From positions 5,056,001-5,120,000 of the forward strand of contig CAWDXG010000004.1 in assembly GCA_963806225.1 (NCBI GenBank): a stretch of 64,000 nt of DNA, read 5' to 3'. Positions 46,318 through 60,652 of the stretch are shown in pieces. A program made the translations under genes and the position numbers. Origin of the DNA: an uncultured delta proteobacterium. GTDB lineage: Bacteria > Myxococcota_A > Polyangia > Polyangiales > Polyangiaceae. Within the stretch, counting starts at the first letter, position 1. Every line of letters starts with the position of its first letter. Below the pieces are notes generated by a model, which had not been told where the DNA came from, searched no databases, and was given only the letters and a program-made list of their open reading frames with translations.

Positions 46318-47760
46318 ATGTCCGGAATGAGCCAGACCGTCGCCGACTCACGGACCACCGCGGCCAGCGTGGCGAAGTGGCTCGTGGACAAGGGCCGGCC
46401 CGACGAGGCGGTCTCGCTCCTGAGCGCGTGGGCGGCGTCGGGTCCGAACGACAGCGCCGGGCAGCAGTTGTTGGCCGAAGCACTCCGCATCGATCCCAGC
46501 GCGCGCGTCGCGCAGATGGCGTTCGAGCGCATGGAGGGCGTCCAGGGCGACCACACCGATCTCGATGCTCTCATCCAGCGCTTCGACGAGAAGGAGCTTG
46601 CCCGACTCGAGGCGGAGATGCGCCGCCCGAGCTTCCGTCGCGCGCAGATGGGCTACAACAACAACATCCGCTTCCGCGAGCAGGTGTTCCACGTCCAGAC
46701 GGAAGACTCGGGGCTCGATCAGCCGCACATCGTCACCCACCTGTTTGCGGACGGCGGCCGCATCATCAAGAGCCACAAGCGCTCCTACGCTGATCAGGTG
46801 TCGCGCCCGGATGTCGCCGACTACGTCCGCGGCCTCATGAAGGCCCAGCATCTGGAAATGGTGCTGGCGCTTCGCGAAGGTCGGTTCGACGCGGTGCTCG
46901 AAGGGCGCGAGGTCGGCGGCATCGAGACGCTCACTGAACCGCCCGCGGTCGACATCCGCAAGCTTGCCAGCAAGAAGAAGCAGCGCGCCGAGGCCGGAGC
47001 GGCAGCCCAGGCCGGGCAGCCCGCGCAGGCGCCGCCGCCCGCACCGAAGCCGCCACCCCCAGAGCCGCTGCCCGTCCAGCCGTCGCCGTCCAGACCGGCG
47101 CCTCCGCCGGCTCCCAGCCATTTCTCCCTGCAGGTGCTGCGCAGCCTTTCCGGCGGTCCCGAGAGCTATGCACCGCCGGGTGAGCGCGTCATCATCGGTT
47201 CCGCCGGGGCTGTGGGTCTGCCCGGAGAACGCTTCTGCCATCCGCACGAAGCGGAGCTCACCTGGAAGGACAGCCGGCTCTGGCTCGAGGACCTCGAGGG
47301 AGGCAATGGCGTGTTCCTGCGCATCCGAACGCCGGTCGAGCTGGAGTTCGGTGACGAGTTCGTCGTGGGCGATCAGCTGTTGCGCGTCGAGAAGAACCCG
47401 GTGCCCGACGACGGCCCGGATCCCGATCCGACCTATTTCTATTCCTCGCCGAAGTGGCCGTCGTCATTCCGCGTGGTGCAGATCTTCGAAGGCGGTGCTG
47501 CCGGAGCGAGCGTCGTCGCGCGCGGCAACACCCTGCAGGTCGGTTCGGCGATCGGCGATCTGGTGTTTCCCGACGACCCGCTGGTCGGCGAGCAGCACTG
47601 CGTGATCGAGGAGCAGGCGGGCTCGGTGGTGCTGACGGACCTGTCCTCGCGCACCGGTGTCTTCGTGCGCATCCGCGGCGAGCAGGAGCTGGCGCATGGC
47701 GACGAGCTGCTCGTCGGGCGCACGCGGCTGGTTGTCGACCTGGGCGGCGCCGCCGCGTAG
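46318..47760 (+). CDS. FHA-domain protein (TPR-like N-terminus, uncharacterised central domain, two FHA-like domains)
   Basis: LEDLEGGNGVFLRI and LTDLSSRTGVFVRI...GDELLVG; central GYNNNIRFREQVFHVQTEDSG. Confidence 0.8.
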   Translation: MSGMSQTVADSRTTAASVAKWLVDKGRPDEAVSLLSAWAASGPNDSAGQQLLAEALRIDPSARVAQMAFERMEGVQGDHTDLDALIQRFDEKELARLEAEMRRPSFRRAQMGYNNNIRFREQVFHVQTEDSGLDQPHIVTHLFADGGRIIKSHKRSYADQVSRPDVADYVRGLMKAQHLEMVLALREGRFDAVLEGREVGGIETLTEPPAVDIRKLASKKKQRAEAGAAAQAGQPAQAPPPAPKPPPPEPLPVQPSPSRPAPPPAPSHFSLQVLRSLSGGPESYAPPGERVIIGSAGAVGLPGERFCHPHEAELTWKDSRLWLEDLEGGNGVFLRIRTPVELEFGDEFVVGDQLLRVEKNPVPDDGPDPDPTYFYSSPKWPSSFRVVQIFEGGAAGASVVARGNTLQVGSAIGDLVFPDDPLVGEQHCVIEEQAGSVVLTDLSSRTGVFVRIRGEQELAHGDELLVGRTRLVVDLGGAAA

Positions 47761-47773
47761 CCGGGGCGAGCAC

Positions 47774-47812
47774 AAAGAGAAAAGCCGGGTACGGCTTGTG
47801 CCGCACCCGACT
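47774..47812 (-). terminator. Rho-independent terminator
   Basis: Minus strand AGTCGGGTGCGGC-acaa-GCCGTACCCGGCT followed by TTTCTCTTT. Confidence 0.8.
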
Positions 47813-47874
47813 ATTCAAAGAGAGCAACAGCCAGGACGAGCGCGCTAGCACGCTCGTCCCAGCCGCGTGCTGTC

Positions 47875-48123
47875 TTACTCCGCCGGAGCCGGAGCCGAGT
47901 CGCCCGCGGGGGCGTCGTCGCCAGCCGCCGGAGCGTCGGAAGCCGCGGGGGCGTCCGGAGCTGCCGGAGCGTCGGCCGAGGGAGCGTCGGGGGCCGCGGG
48001 GGCCTCCGGCGTCGCGGCGTTGTCAGGCGACGCAGGCGCGGGGGTGGCACCGCCACCACAGGCCACGGCCAGGGCGCACAGCGGAATCGACAGGGCGAGA
48101 GCGAAGTACTTGCGAATGCTCAT
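47875..48123 (-). CDS. Small Ala/Pro/Asp-rich lipoprotein (82 aa)
   Basis: AGGAGG RBS, lipobox LAVAC, DAPAA repeats, own terminator. Confidence 0.8.
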   Translation of the reverse strand: MSIRKYFALALSIPLCALAVACGGGATPAPASPDNAATPEAPAAPDAPSADAPAAPDAPAASDAPAAGDDAPAGDSAPAPAE

Positions 48124-48362
48124 TTCGGGGATCCTCCTAAACCGGGCCAGAGTGACCCGGACCTCACAGAGAGATGCACGAGTAACCCAAAGTGGCTCAC
48201 GAAAAAAACCCCTTGTGCTCTTGCCTTCAATTCCGGGCACGTGGCCCACGCGCCGCGGGAGCACTTCTGGCTGGGAAACCCCGCAAAAGGGCCATGTGAC
48301 GCGATGCGTTATCCTGGCGCGCGTCGCCGGTGAGCCGAAAATCGGTCACGCTGCGTCCATTC

Positions 48363-49013
48363 ATGGACGCCATGGCTTCGAGCTCTCCCAACACGCGGCT
48401 CCGCCTGGTTGGAGGGACAGCAGATCGCACGTCCCGCCGCCTGGGGCCCACGGGAGATCTCGACGACGCACAACTGGTCGCACTCGCGCGCGAGAACGAC
48501 ACGGTCGCCTTCGAGGTGCTGTATCGCCGCCATGCCGCTTTTGCCATGAACCTCGCGGTCCGTATCCAGGGCAGTGCCACCGATGTAGAGGACGTCGTCC
48601 ACGATGCCTTCCTGCGCGCGCACCAGCGCATGCACGAGCTTCGCGAACCCGCGGCGTTCCGCTCGTGGCTTGGCTCCATCGTGGTGCGACTGGTCCGCAG
48701 TCGCCTCCGCCGGCGGCGTCTGCTTGGCAGCTTCGGTCTGGCCTCGGCGGATCCCGTGGAGCTCGACGCGATCGCCTCGGCCGACGCTGGGCCCGATGCA
48801 CGGGCGCAGCTCGCCCAGGTCTACGCGTTGCTGCAGACCATGCCGGCGGACGACCGCATCGCCTGGACCCTGCGCTACATCGAGCGCCATCGGCTGGAAG
48901 CGGTGGCCGAGCTCGCGGGCTGCTCGCTGGCCACGGCCAAACGCCGCATCCAGCGCGGGCAGCGCTTTCTCACCGAGCATTTCGTTTCGCCCTTCGTGGA
49001 GGAGCCGGCATGA
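48363..49013 (+). CDS. ECF RNA polymerase sigma factor
   Basis: AFEVLYRRH, DVEDVVHDAF, FRSWL, CSLATAKRRI; start uncertain. Confidence 0.9.
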   Translation: MDAMASSSPNTRLRLVGGTADRTSRRLGPTGDLDDAQLVALARENDTVAFEVLYRRHAAFAMNLAVRIQGSATDVEDVVHDAFLRAHQRMHELREPAAFRSWLGSIVVRLVRSRLRRRRLLGSFGLASADPVELDAIASADAGPDARAQLAQVYALLQTMPADDRIAWTLRYIERHRLEAVAELAGCSLATAKRRIQRGQRFLTEHFVSPFVEEPA

Positions 49014-50029
49014 GCGACAATCGCAGGCTTCCGGAACTTCCGGTCGCCGCGCTGCGCGACCACGGCGACAGCGAGCGCGTGGAGCGCGTGTGGCGGCGCC
49101 TCGAGCAGGACATCCCTGCCGCTTCCGCGCGGCCGCGCAGCGCGCTATGGTGGGCTCCTGCCGCGGTGGTGATCGTGTTCGGCTGCGGCGTCTTCGTCGG
49201 TGCCCGGTGGTTCCGCGCGGCGGTCCCTTCGCGGCCGACCACCGTAGCCGCGGAGCCCGCCGAGCCACTCGATCAACAGCAGCCATCCACGACGGAGGTG
49301 CCGGGCGCTGCCCAGCCCGGCGCACCGGCTGCAAAGCCGGAGAAGCACCACGGTCACGAGCGCCGCGTCGCGCCGGCCAGCGTTCCGGCTCTGGAGGAGG
49401 CTCCGGCGGAGGCGCCGGCACCCGCGCCTGCGGCAAGTGCCGCGCCGCCCGCCTGGCAGCGCCTGGCGAATGCGGGCGATTTCGCGGCGGCGCACCAGGC
49501 GCTGGAGGACCACGGAGGCTTCGACTCCGCCATGGGCGCGGCGTCCGCCGAGCAGCTGATGAGCCTGTTCGACATCGCCCGCTTCGCGGGGCACCGCGAC
49601 CGGGCTCTGCAGGCGCTGCGCCGCGTGGTCAGCCGCTTCCCGAACGACCCGAACGCGCCTCTCGCCGCGTGGACGCTGGGAAACATGCTCGACAAGGCCG
49701 GCGACCGAGCCGGAGCTGCCGATGCCTTCCGGGTCTATCGGCGCTTGTCTCCGCAGGGTGATTTCGCTGAAGATGCGCTCGCGCGAGAGGTCGAGGTTGC
49801 CATCGAGCAGGGGAACCTCGACCAGGCAAAGAAGCTCGCCGATCAGTATGCGAAGGACTTCCCGAAAGGCCGCCGCCTCGGCGAGATCCGCGATCAGCTC
49901 GCGCGGGCGTCCAGCGCAGCCGACGCGGGCGCGGCGGTGGTTGAAGGCGACGCGGGCGCGCCGGGCAAGGGGGCGGACAAGCCGGAAGGCAACGACCCTC
50001 CTGCTGCTGCTCCAGTGCCTGCTCACTAG
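49010..50029 (+). CDS. Putative anti-sigma factor: one TM helix plus periplasmic TPR domain
   Basis: ATGA overlap with the sigma gene; TM AAVVIVFGCGVFVGA; TPR-like RFPNDPNAPLA, PQGDFAEDALAR. Confidence 0.75.
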   Translation: MSDNRRLPELPVAALRDHGDSERVERVWRRLEQDIPAASARPRSALWWAPAAVVIVFGCGVFVGARWFRAAVPSRPTTVAAEPAEPLDQQQPSTTEVPGAAQPGAPAAKPEKHHGHERRVAPASVPALEEAPAEAPAPAPAASAAPPAWQRLANAGDFAAAHQALEDHGGFDSAMGAASAEQLMSLFDIARFAGHRDRALQALRRVVSRFPNDPNAPLAAWTLGNMLDKAGDRAGAADAFRVYRRLSPQGDFAEDALAREVEVAIEQGNLDQAKKLADQYAKDFPKGRRLGEIRDQLARASSAADAGAAVVEGDAGAPGKGADKPEGNDPPAAAPVPAH

Positions 50030-50990
50030 CGTTATCCTGCTCGGCGCGCGCCGCGCGGCGGCCAATCCCGGCGCGCCCGTGGTGGTCGAGATCGATCAGA
50101 AGGCCGAGGCCCTGCTCGATCCGCATCTCACCCGGCGGCTCATCCAGCTCGAGCTCGGCGACGTGGAAGTGCCGCCCTCCGAGCCGCCGCCTGGCACGCC
50201 CGCTGAACCCTCGAGCCTGTTCTTCCGGGTGCTCGTGACGCGGCGGGGCACCCTGCGCGTCGAGCTCTGGGACCACGGCGAGTTCGGCGGAGCGCGCAGC
50301 GTCTCCACTGCGCATGGCAGCAGCCAGATCCGCTCGCGCCGGATCGCTCTGGCCTCGGCCGAGCTGGCGCGGCGCCTCCGGCAGAAGCGCGTCTACGAAG
50401 CCCAGCAGCGCGCCCACGCGAAGAAGCGCGAAAAGAACCAGCAGAAGGCCGAAGCGGCGGCGCGGGCTCCGCGCTTCGCGCTCGTCGCGGGGGCTGTCGG
50501 CGCGGCGCTCGGCCCGGGTGATGCGTGGCTCGCCGGACCGACGCTCGCCGGGCGGCTGCGCCTCAGGCGCGCTCGACTCGCCGTGGGTGCTGCCTGGATG
50601 CCGGGCACCGTGCCGCTCGCCGCCGGCACGCCGGGCGCGCGCTGGCTCGAGCTTTCACTGTCTCCGTCCTACGCGGTTCCGCTCGGTCGAGGGCTCGATC
50701 TGGACGTCGGTCTGACCGCCGCGGCCGCTGCAGTGCACATGACCGGCAGCGTCGCGCTCGACGGCGTCGACAACGAGCACGACACATGGTCCGCCCGGGC
50801 CGTCGGACACTTCTATCTGGAGCCGCGCCTCTCCCGCACGCTCTCGCTCAGCATCGGTCCCGAGGTAGGCGCGGTGCTGCGTCGGATACCCATCGTCGAC
50901 GCCCAGGGCATGCGGCATCGTCTCGGCGGTCTGTGGCTCGGAGCCCAGCTGGGCGTAGTGCTCGATCCGGCGGCCCCACCCGCGCGCTAG
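49941..50990 (+). CDS. Exported protein with probable C-terminal beta-barrel
   Basis: Signal-like LLLLLQCLLTSVILLG..AAA; beta-strand-rich C-terminus; start uncertain, overlaps the upstream gene. Confidence 0.55.
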   Translation: MKATRARRARGRTSRKATTLLLLLQCLLTSVILLGARRAAANPGAPVVVEIDQKAEALLDPHLTRRLIQLELGDVEVPPSEPPPGTPAEPSSLFFRVLVTRRGTLRVELWDHGEFGGARSVSTAHGSSQIRSRRIALASAELARRLRQKRVYEAQQRAHAKKREKNQQKAEAAARAPRFALVAGAVGAALGPGDAWLAGPTLAGRLRLRRARLAVGAAWMPGTVPLAAGTPGARWLELSLSPSYAVPLGRGLDLDVGLTAAAAAVHMTGSVALDGVDNEHDTWSARAVGHFYLEPRLSRTLSLSIGPEVGAVLRRIPIVDAQGMRHRLGGLWLGAQLGVVLDPAAPPAR

Positions 50991-51006
50991 CCAGGTTTTG
51001 CCTCGA

Positions 51007-51261
51007 CTACGCCTGGAGCACACGCGCGCGCTGCGCGCGCGACAGGTTTACCCAGCGGCCTTCGATGCGGAACCGGGCCGGCTCGGCGTCGTCGACGCGG
51101 CGGCAGCTGCGCACCTTGACCAGATAGCCGCCGTCGTCGCCGGCTCGACCCGTCAGCGTCGAGCCTGGCGGCGAGGGGCGCGATGCGAGCAGCACCACGT
51201 GCTCGTCGTCGCTCTGTTCCACGCGCGCGGTGCCGCCGCCCTCCAGCGAGAGCTCGAGCAT
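51007..51261 (-). CDS. Small hypothetical protein
   Basis: TGATG overlap with the smpB stop; small beta-rich sequence. Confidence 0.55.
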   Translation of the reverse strand: MLELSLEGGGTARVEQSDDEHVVLLASRPSPPGSTLTGRAGDDGGYLVKVRSCRRVDDAEPARFRIEGRWVNLSRAQRARVLQA

Positions 51262-51749
51262 CACTCCCTTCCCCGCCCGCGGCGGATCGCCTGCCGCGCT
51301 TCCCGCGTGGCTTCGCGCTCGCGCAGGGTCTGGCGCTTGTCGTGCTTCTTCTTGCCGCGCGCCAGGGCGACCTCGATCTTCGCGCGGTTGTTCTTGAAGT
51401 AGAGCTTCGTGGCGATGACGGTCATGCCGTCCCGCTCCACGCCCGCGCGCAGCTGCTCGATCTCCGCCGCGTGCAGCAGCAGTCGGCGGGGACGGCGCTC
51501 TTCATGGCCGAACGCGGCATGCTTCATCGGAGGAATGCGCAGGCCCTTGATCCAGGCTTGGCTCCCGGCGACGTCCACCCACGCGTCGCGCAGATCCGCG
51601 GCGTTCTCCCTGAGCGAACGCGCTTCGCTGCCGATGAGCGCCAGCCCGGCCTCGTAGCTGTCGCCGACCTCGTAGTCGAAGTAGGCGCGCCGGTTCTTCG
51701 AGACCAGGCGGTCGCCCTGTGGGCGTTTTTCGGCGGCACCGCGAGCCAT
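51261..51749 (-). CDS. smpB: SsrA-binding protein
   Basis: NRRAYFDY, EAGLALIGSE, RRLLLH, ARGKKKHDKR. Confidence 0.96.
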   Translation of the reverse strand: MARGAAEKRPQGDRLVSKNRRAYFDYEVGDSYEAGLALIGSEARSLRENAADLRDAWVDVAGSQAWIKGLRIPPMKHAAFGHEERRPRRLLLHAAEIEQLRAGVERDGMTVIATKLYFKNNRAKIEVALARGKKKHDKRQTLREREATREARQAIRRGRGRE

Positions 51750-51846
51750 GGGGGCCCGCACTATGCCCCGTGCGGGCCGGAGCGCAAGGCGGAGCCATGT
51801 CGGGGGGGTTGCGGCCGGCGCGGTCCCGACCAAGTAGTCAGCGTCC

Positions 51847-57122
<5,276 letters not shown>

Positions 57123-57135
57123 AAGCGGCGGTCGA

Positions 57136-57288
57136 TCACATCGTCGCGTACGCTATGTAGACGGAGATGAAGCCGACCACGAGCGCGAGCGCGAGCAACG
57201 CGACCGCGAGTGCGAGCTTGAGCGAGCGTTGATGGTTGAGCTGCTCGATCAGCTGATCGGGGCTTCTCTCCAGGTTTGCATGGGCCAT
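57136..57288 (-). CDS. 50-aa single-TM small protein
   Basis: GAGGAG RBS; LALAVALLALALVVGFISVYIAYA helix. Confidence 0.6.
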   Translation of the reverse strand: MAHANLERSPDQLIEQLNHQRSLKLALAVALLALALVVGFISVYIAYATM

Positions 57289-57359
57289 GATAGGCACTCC
57301 TCTCCGCAGACGACTTCCGCCCATCGAGGCAAGCGTGGCCTCTGTCTGCGGTTAACGAA

Positions 57360-57375
57360 TGCATCAACCAGGCCA
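57360..57375 (-). promoter_or_regulatory. Possible sigma54 promoter of the small membrane protein
   Basis: TGGCCTG-gttg-ATGCA (GG-N10-GC, two mismatches to consensus). Confidence 0.35.
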
Positions 57376-57524
57376 GGCGATCTGCGACGGATCCGCACGT
57401 CGCGCGCGGCAATCCGCCGCACATCGCGAGGTCCGGTGCATTCTGCCTCGCTTGTCATCCCGCGCTCTGCTCGTCGACGTCGCGCGTCTTCCCGTGCGTC
57501 GTATTCGTGGCTATCGATGTATGC

Positions 57525-58463
57525 ATGGGTGCACCGCCCGACAGCGGCCGCAGGAGTGACGCGGAGCCGCCGACCGAGCCGTACGACGATCGCAGCACCG
57601 TTCGTCCGCGGCACTGGTTGGTGCCGCCCCCCGAGGCCGGCCAGGCCGTGTCGGGGGAAGTATTCGGCGTCACCGATCGCGGCCGGGTGCGCCCGGACAA
57701 CCAGGATCAGTTCCTCGTCGCGGATCTCCGGCGCTCGATGCGGCTCAGCTCGAGCAGTCCGGCGTTCCAGGATGTCCGCCTGGTCGGCGCGCCGCAGGGA
57801 TGGCTGCTGATCGTCGCGGACGGGATGGGCGGCTACCGGGGCGGGGAAGTGGCCAGTGCGATCACCGTCGAGGGCATGGCTCGCTATGTGTTCGAATCGA
57901 TGCCGTGGCCCACACCTTCAAGCAAGGCATCCGGTGCGGTTGTCGAGCGGGGACTGGTGGAGGCTCTGCGGAGCTGCCACAGCGAAGTCCAGCACGCCGC
58001 CGAAGAGCGGGGACTCGATGCCCGCATGGGCACCACGCTCACCCTGGCGTTCGTCGATTGGCCCGAGCTCGTCGTGCTCCACGTGGGTGACAGTCGCTGC
58101 TACCTGCTGAGGCGCGGGGTTCTCTCGCGGCTCACGCGCGATCAGACACTTGCCCAGCAGCTCTATGAAGAAAAGACGCTCACGGCCGACGAGGCGGCGC
58201 GTTCCCGCTTCCGCCACGTGTTGCTCAACAGCGTGGGCGGCAATCTGCCGGAGCTCGACGTCGAGACGCATCGCATGGAGCTTCACGTCGGCGATCGACT
58301 GCTGCTGTGCACGGACGGCCTGACGGGTCATCTGGAAGACGGCGAGCTTGTGCGCTGGCTTTCGCGCGACGAGCAGATGGAGTCGATCGCGCGCGGCATG
58401 GTCGAAGCCGCCAAGCAGGCGGGGGGAGAGGACAACATCACCGCGCTCGTTGCGGCGTTCTAG
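57525..58463 (+). CDS. PP2C-family Ser/Thr protein phosphatase
   Basis: TDRGRVRPDNQD, VADGMGG, MGTT, HVGDSRCY, LCTDGL, GGEDNIT. Confidence 0.95.
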   Translation: MGAPPDSGRRSDAEPPTEPYDDRSTVRPRHWLVPPPEAGQAVSGEVFGVTDRGRVRPDNQDQFLVADLRRSMRLSSSSPAFQDVRLVGAPQGWLLIVADGMGGYRGGEVASAITVEGMARYVFESMPWPTPSSKASGAVVERGLVEALRSCHSEVQHAAEERGLDARMGTTLTLAFVDWPELVVLHVGDSRCYLLRRGVLSRLTRDQTLAQQLYEEKTLTADEAARSRFRHVLLNSVGGNLPELDVETHRMELHVGDRLLLCTDGLTGHLEDGELVRWLSRDEQMESIARGMVEAAKQAGGEDNITALVAAF

Positions 58464-58464
58464 C

Positions 58465-59379
58465 CTACGGTCTCTTGGGCAGCCCGATCTTGCCTGTGCC
58501 GGTCGACGAGGTTTTCGGCGCGGCCTTCTGGCGGATCGTCGGCAGATTGAACATCGGCCTTCGAGGCAGCGACAGGCGTCCGCTTGTCGACGTGGCGCTG
58601 GGCGTCGCGGTCGGTTGCGGCGCCGTGGTTGTCGCCGTGGCTGTGGTCGTTGCGGCGGTCGTGGGCTGGGGCGCCGCCGTGGCGGTCGCCGTCGCAGTTG
58701 GCTTCGGCGTCGCCTGCACCACCGGTTTCGGTGCCGGCGCCGGGGTGGGGGCAGGCGTTGCGACGGGCCCGGGGTCGGTTGCAGCCGGCTCGTTGCCGGC
58801 GGGCACCTCCGGCTTGACCTCGGTCTGCGGGTTCGAGCCCAGGTCGATGCTCTGCGCAGGCTCCTCGCTCGCTCCCGACGAGCGCACGACCACCACCGCC
58901 GCGACGGCGCCGATCGTCACGAGCAGACCGACCAGGCCCAGGACGAGCGCCGGGCCGGCACCGCCGCGCCGCCGGCGCGGCGGCTGCATCGGCATCATCG
59001 GTGACGGGTAGCCCATGGGTCCGCCGCCCGGCTGCCCTGCAACGTACGGCGGCGGCTGGGGGGCCGCGACATACGGCGGCTGTTGCGGCGCTGCGACGTA
59101 GGGAGGGGGCTGCGGCGCCGCGACGTACGGCACCGGTCCAGCCGGAGGCGCAGCCGGCGGAGCCATGTCCGGGATCATCGGCGGCTCGCCCGGCTGCGTC
59201 ATGCCCGCTTTGCCCCAGGGGGGCGCTGCGGCCTCGGGCGACGCGGCCGGTGCGTCGTCGACCATCGTTGGCGCTACCGGCGGCTTTTCTTTCCGCTCCG
59301 GTAGGCTCATCGCGCCTGTCGCCTGCCCCGGACGGTCCCCCGACTGCCCGGGCCCATTGCCGTTGTTCGCCTGGGTCAT
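58465..59379 (-). CDS. Pro/Thr-rich single-TM protein
   Basis: GGGAGG RBS; PPRRRR then TM helix; about 4 x PYVAAPQPP repeats. Confidence 0.7.
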   Translation of the reverse strand: MTQANNGNGPGQSGDRPGQATGAMSLPERKEKPPVAPTMVDDAPAASPEAAAPPWGKAGMTQPGEPPMIPDMAPPAAPPAGPVPYVAAPQPPPYVAAPQQPPYVAAPQPPPYVAGQPGGGPMGYPSPMMPMQPPRRRRGGAGPALVLGLVGLLVTIGAVAAVVVVRSSGASEEPAQSIDLGSNPQTEVKPEVPAGNEPAATDPGPVATPAPTPAPAPKPVVQATPKPTATATATAAPQPTTAATTTATATTTAPQPTATPSATSTSGRLSLPRRPMFNLPTIRQKAAPKTSSTGTGKIGLPKRP

Positions 59380-59472
59380 TCGCGCCTCCCGCGTAGGGTA
59401 CCAGAATGCCGGAGCGGGCGCTCTCCAGTTCAGCGGGGGCCTCCCCGCCGGAATCGTCTAGGCTGCGCGGCC

Positions 59473-60603
59473 ATGTACCGGGTCGTGATCGACGCCCGCT
59501 CCGTCGTGGCCAGGCAGAGCGGGATCGGCAACTACGTCGATGCCCTCGTACGACACATGGTGCCGCTCGCCACGGACATGCGTTTCGTCATCCTGCGCCA
59601 CCCGGACGCGACCGCGCCCATCGTCAGGAGCGAGCGCGTGGAGGAGCTCCACTTCCGTGGCGAGACCAAGTCGGTCGACACGGTGTTCCGTCTAGGCCGC
59701 GCGCACTCGTTCGCTGGTTGCGATCTCTACCACTCGCCGGCCGACCTGGTCCCGCTCGGCATCCGCTGTCCCTGGGTGGTCACGATCCACGATCTGATGT
59801 GGCTCGAGGCGCGGAAGCTCGCTTCTGCGTTCCTGCCGGTGCGGGTCGCGAACGGCATCTGGTACACTCTCAACATCCGTCGCTCGGTCGCGGGTGCCCG
59901 GCGTGTCATCGCGATCTCGCAGGCGACGGCGGACGCCATCCAGCGCGTGTTCCCCGCCGCCGCGTCGAAGACGACGGTCGTCCATCACGGCCTCGACCAT
60001 GAGCGCTATGCACCCGGGAACGCGGGCCCGCGTTCCGTACTCGACTCGATCGTGCCTCCCGGCGTGCGCTACTCGCTGATCGTCGGACAGGGCTCGCCCT
60101 ACAAGAACCACGTGGGCATGGTGCGCGCGTTCGTGGAAGCGATGCGCGATCGCCCCGATCACAAGCTGGTGCTCGTGCGCCGCTTCTCGCGCATCGACCG
60201 CGGAATGAACCAGCTGATGGCGCGCCCCGAGGTGCAGGGAAAGGTGATCAGCGTTCCCTTCGTTCCGGCCGACATCCTGCTGGCGCTGTACCGTCACGCG
60301 CGCATGCTGCTCTTCGCGTCGCACTACGAAGGCTTCGGGTTGCCCGCGCTCGAAGCGATGTCGCTTGGCACGCCTGTGCTCGCGTCCACGGCGGCGGCGG
60401 TGCGGGAGGTCACGGGCTCCGGGGCGCTGCATGCGATCCCGGACGATCATCGCGACCTGGTCGACAAGATAACGCGCCTCGACGACGACGAAGAGCTCCG
60501 CCAGCAGCTGATCGACGCGGGCCAGCGCCGTGCTGCGGATTTTTCCTGGGAGCGGGCGGCGCGCGCCACGCTCGACGTGTATCGCGCGGCGATCGAAGGC
60601 TGA
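59473..60603 (+). CDS. Glycosyltransferase family 4
   Basis: SGIGNY, VTIHDL, YEGFGLPALEAMSLGTPV, FSWERAA. Confidence 0.93.
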   Translation: MYRVVIDARSVVARQSGIGNYVDALVRHMVPLATDMRFVILRHPDATAPIVRSERVEELHFRGETKSVDTVFRLGRAHSFAGCDLYHSPADLVPLGIRCPWVVTIHDLMWLEARKLASAFLPVRVANGIWYTLNIRRSVAGARRVIAISQATADAIQRVFPAAASKTTVVHHGLDHERYAPGNAGPRSVLDSIVPPGVRYSLIVGQGSPYKNHVGMVRAFVEAMRDRPDHKLVLVRRFSRIDRGMNQLMARPEVQGKVISVPFVPADILLALYRHARMLLFASHYEGFGLPALEAMSLGTPVLASTAAAVREVTGSGALHAIPDDHRDLVDKITRLDDDEELRQQLIDAGQRRAADFSWERAARATLDVYRAAIEG

Positions 60604-60652
60604 AACCGCCGCTCCGCCGGGACGCTTGACCAGGCGCGAACGGCGGAGTCCC

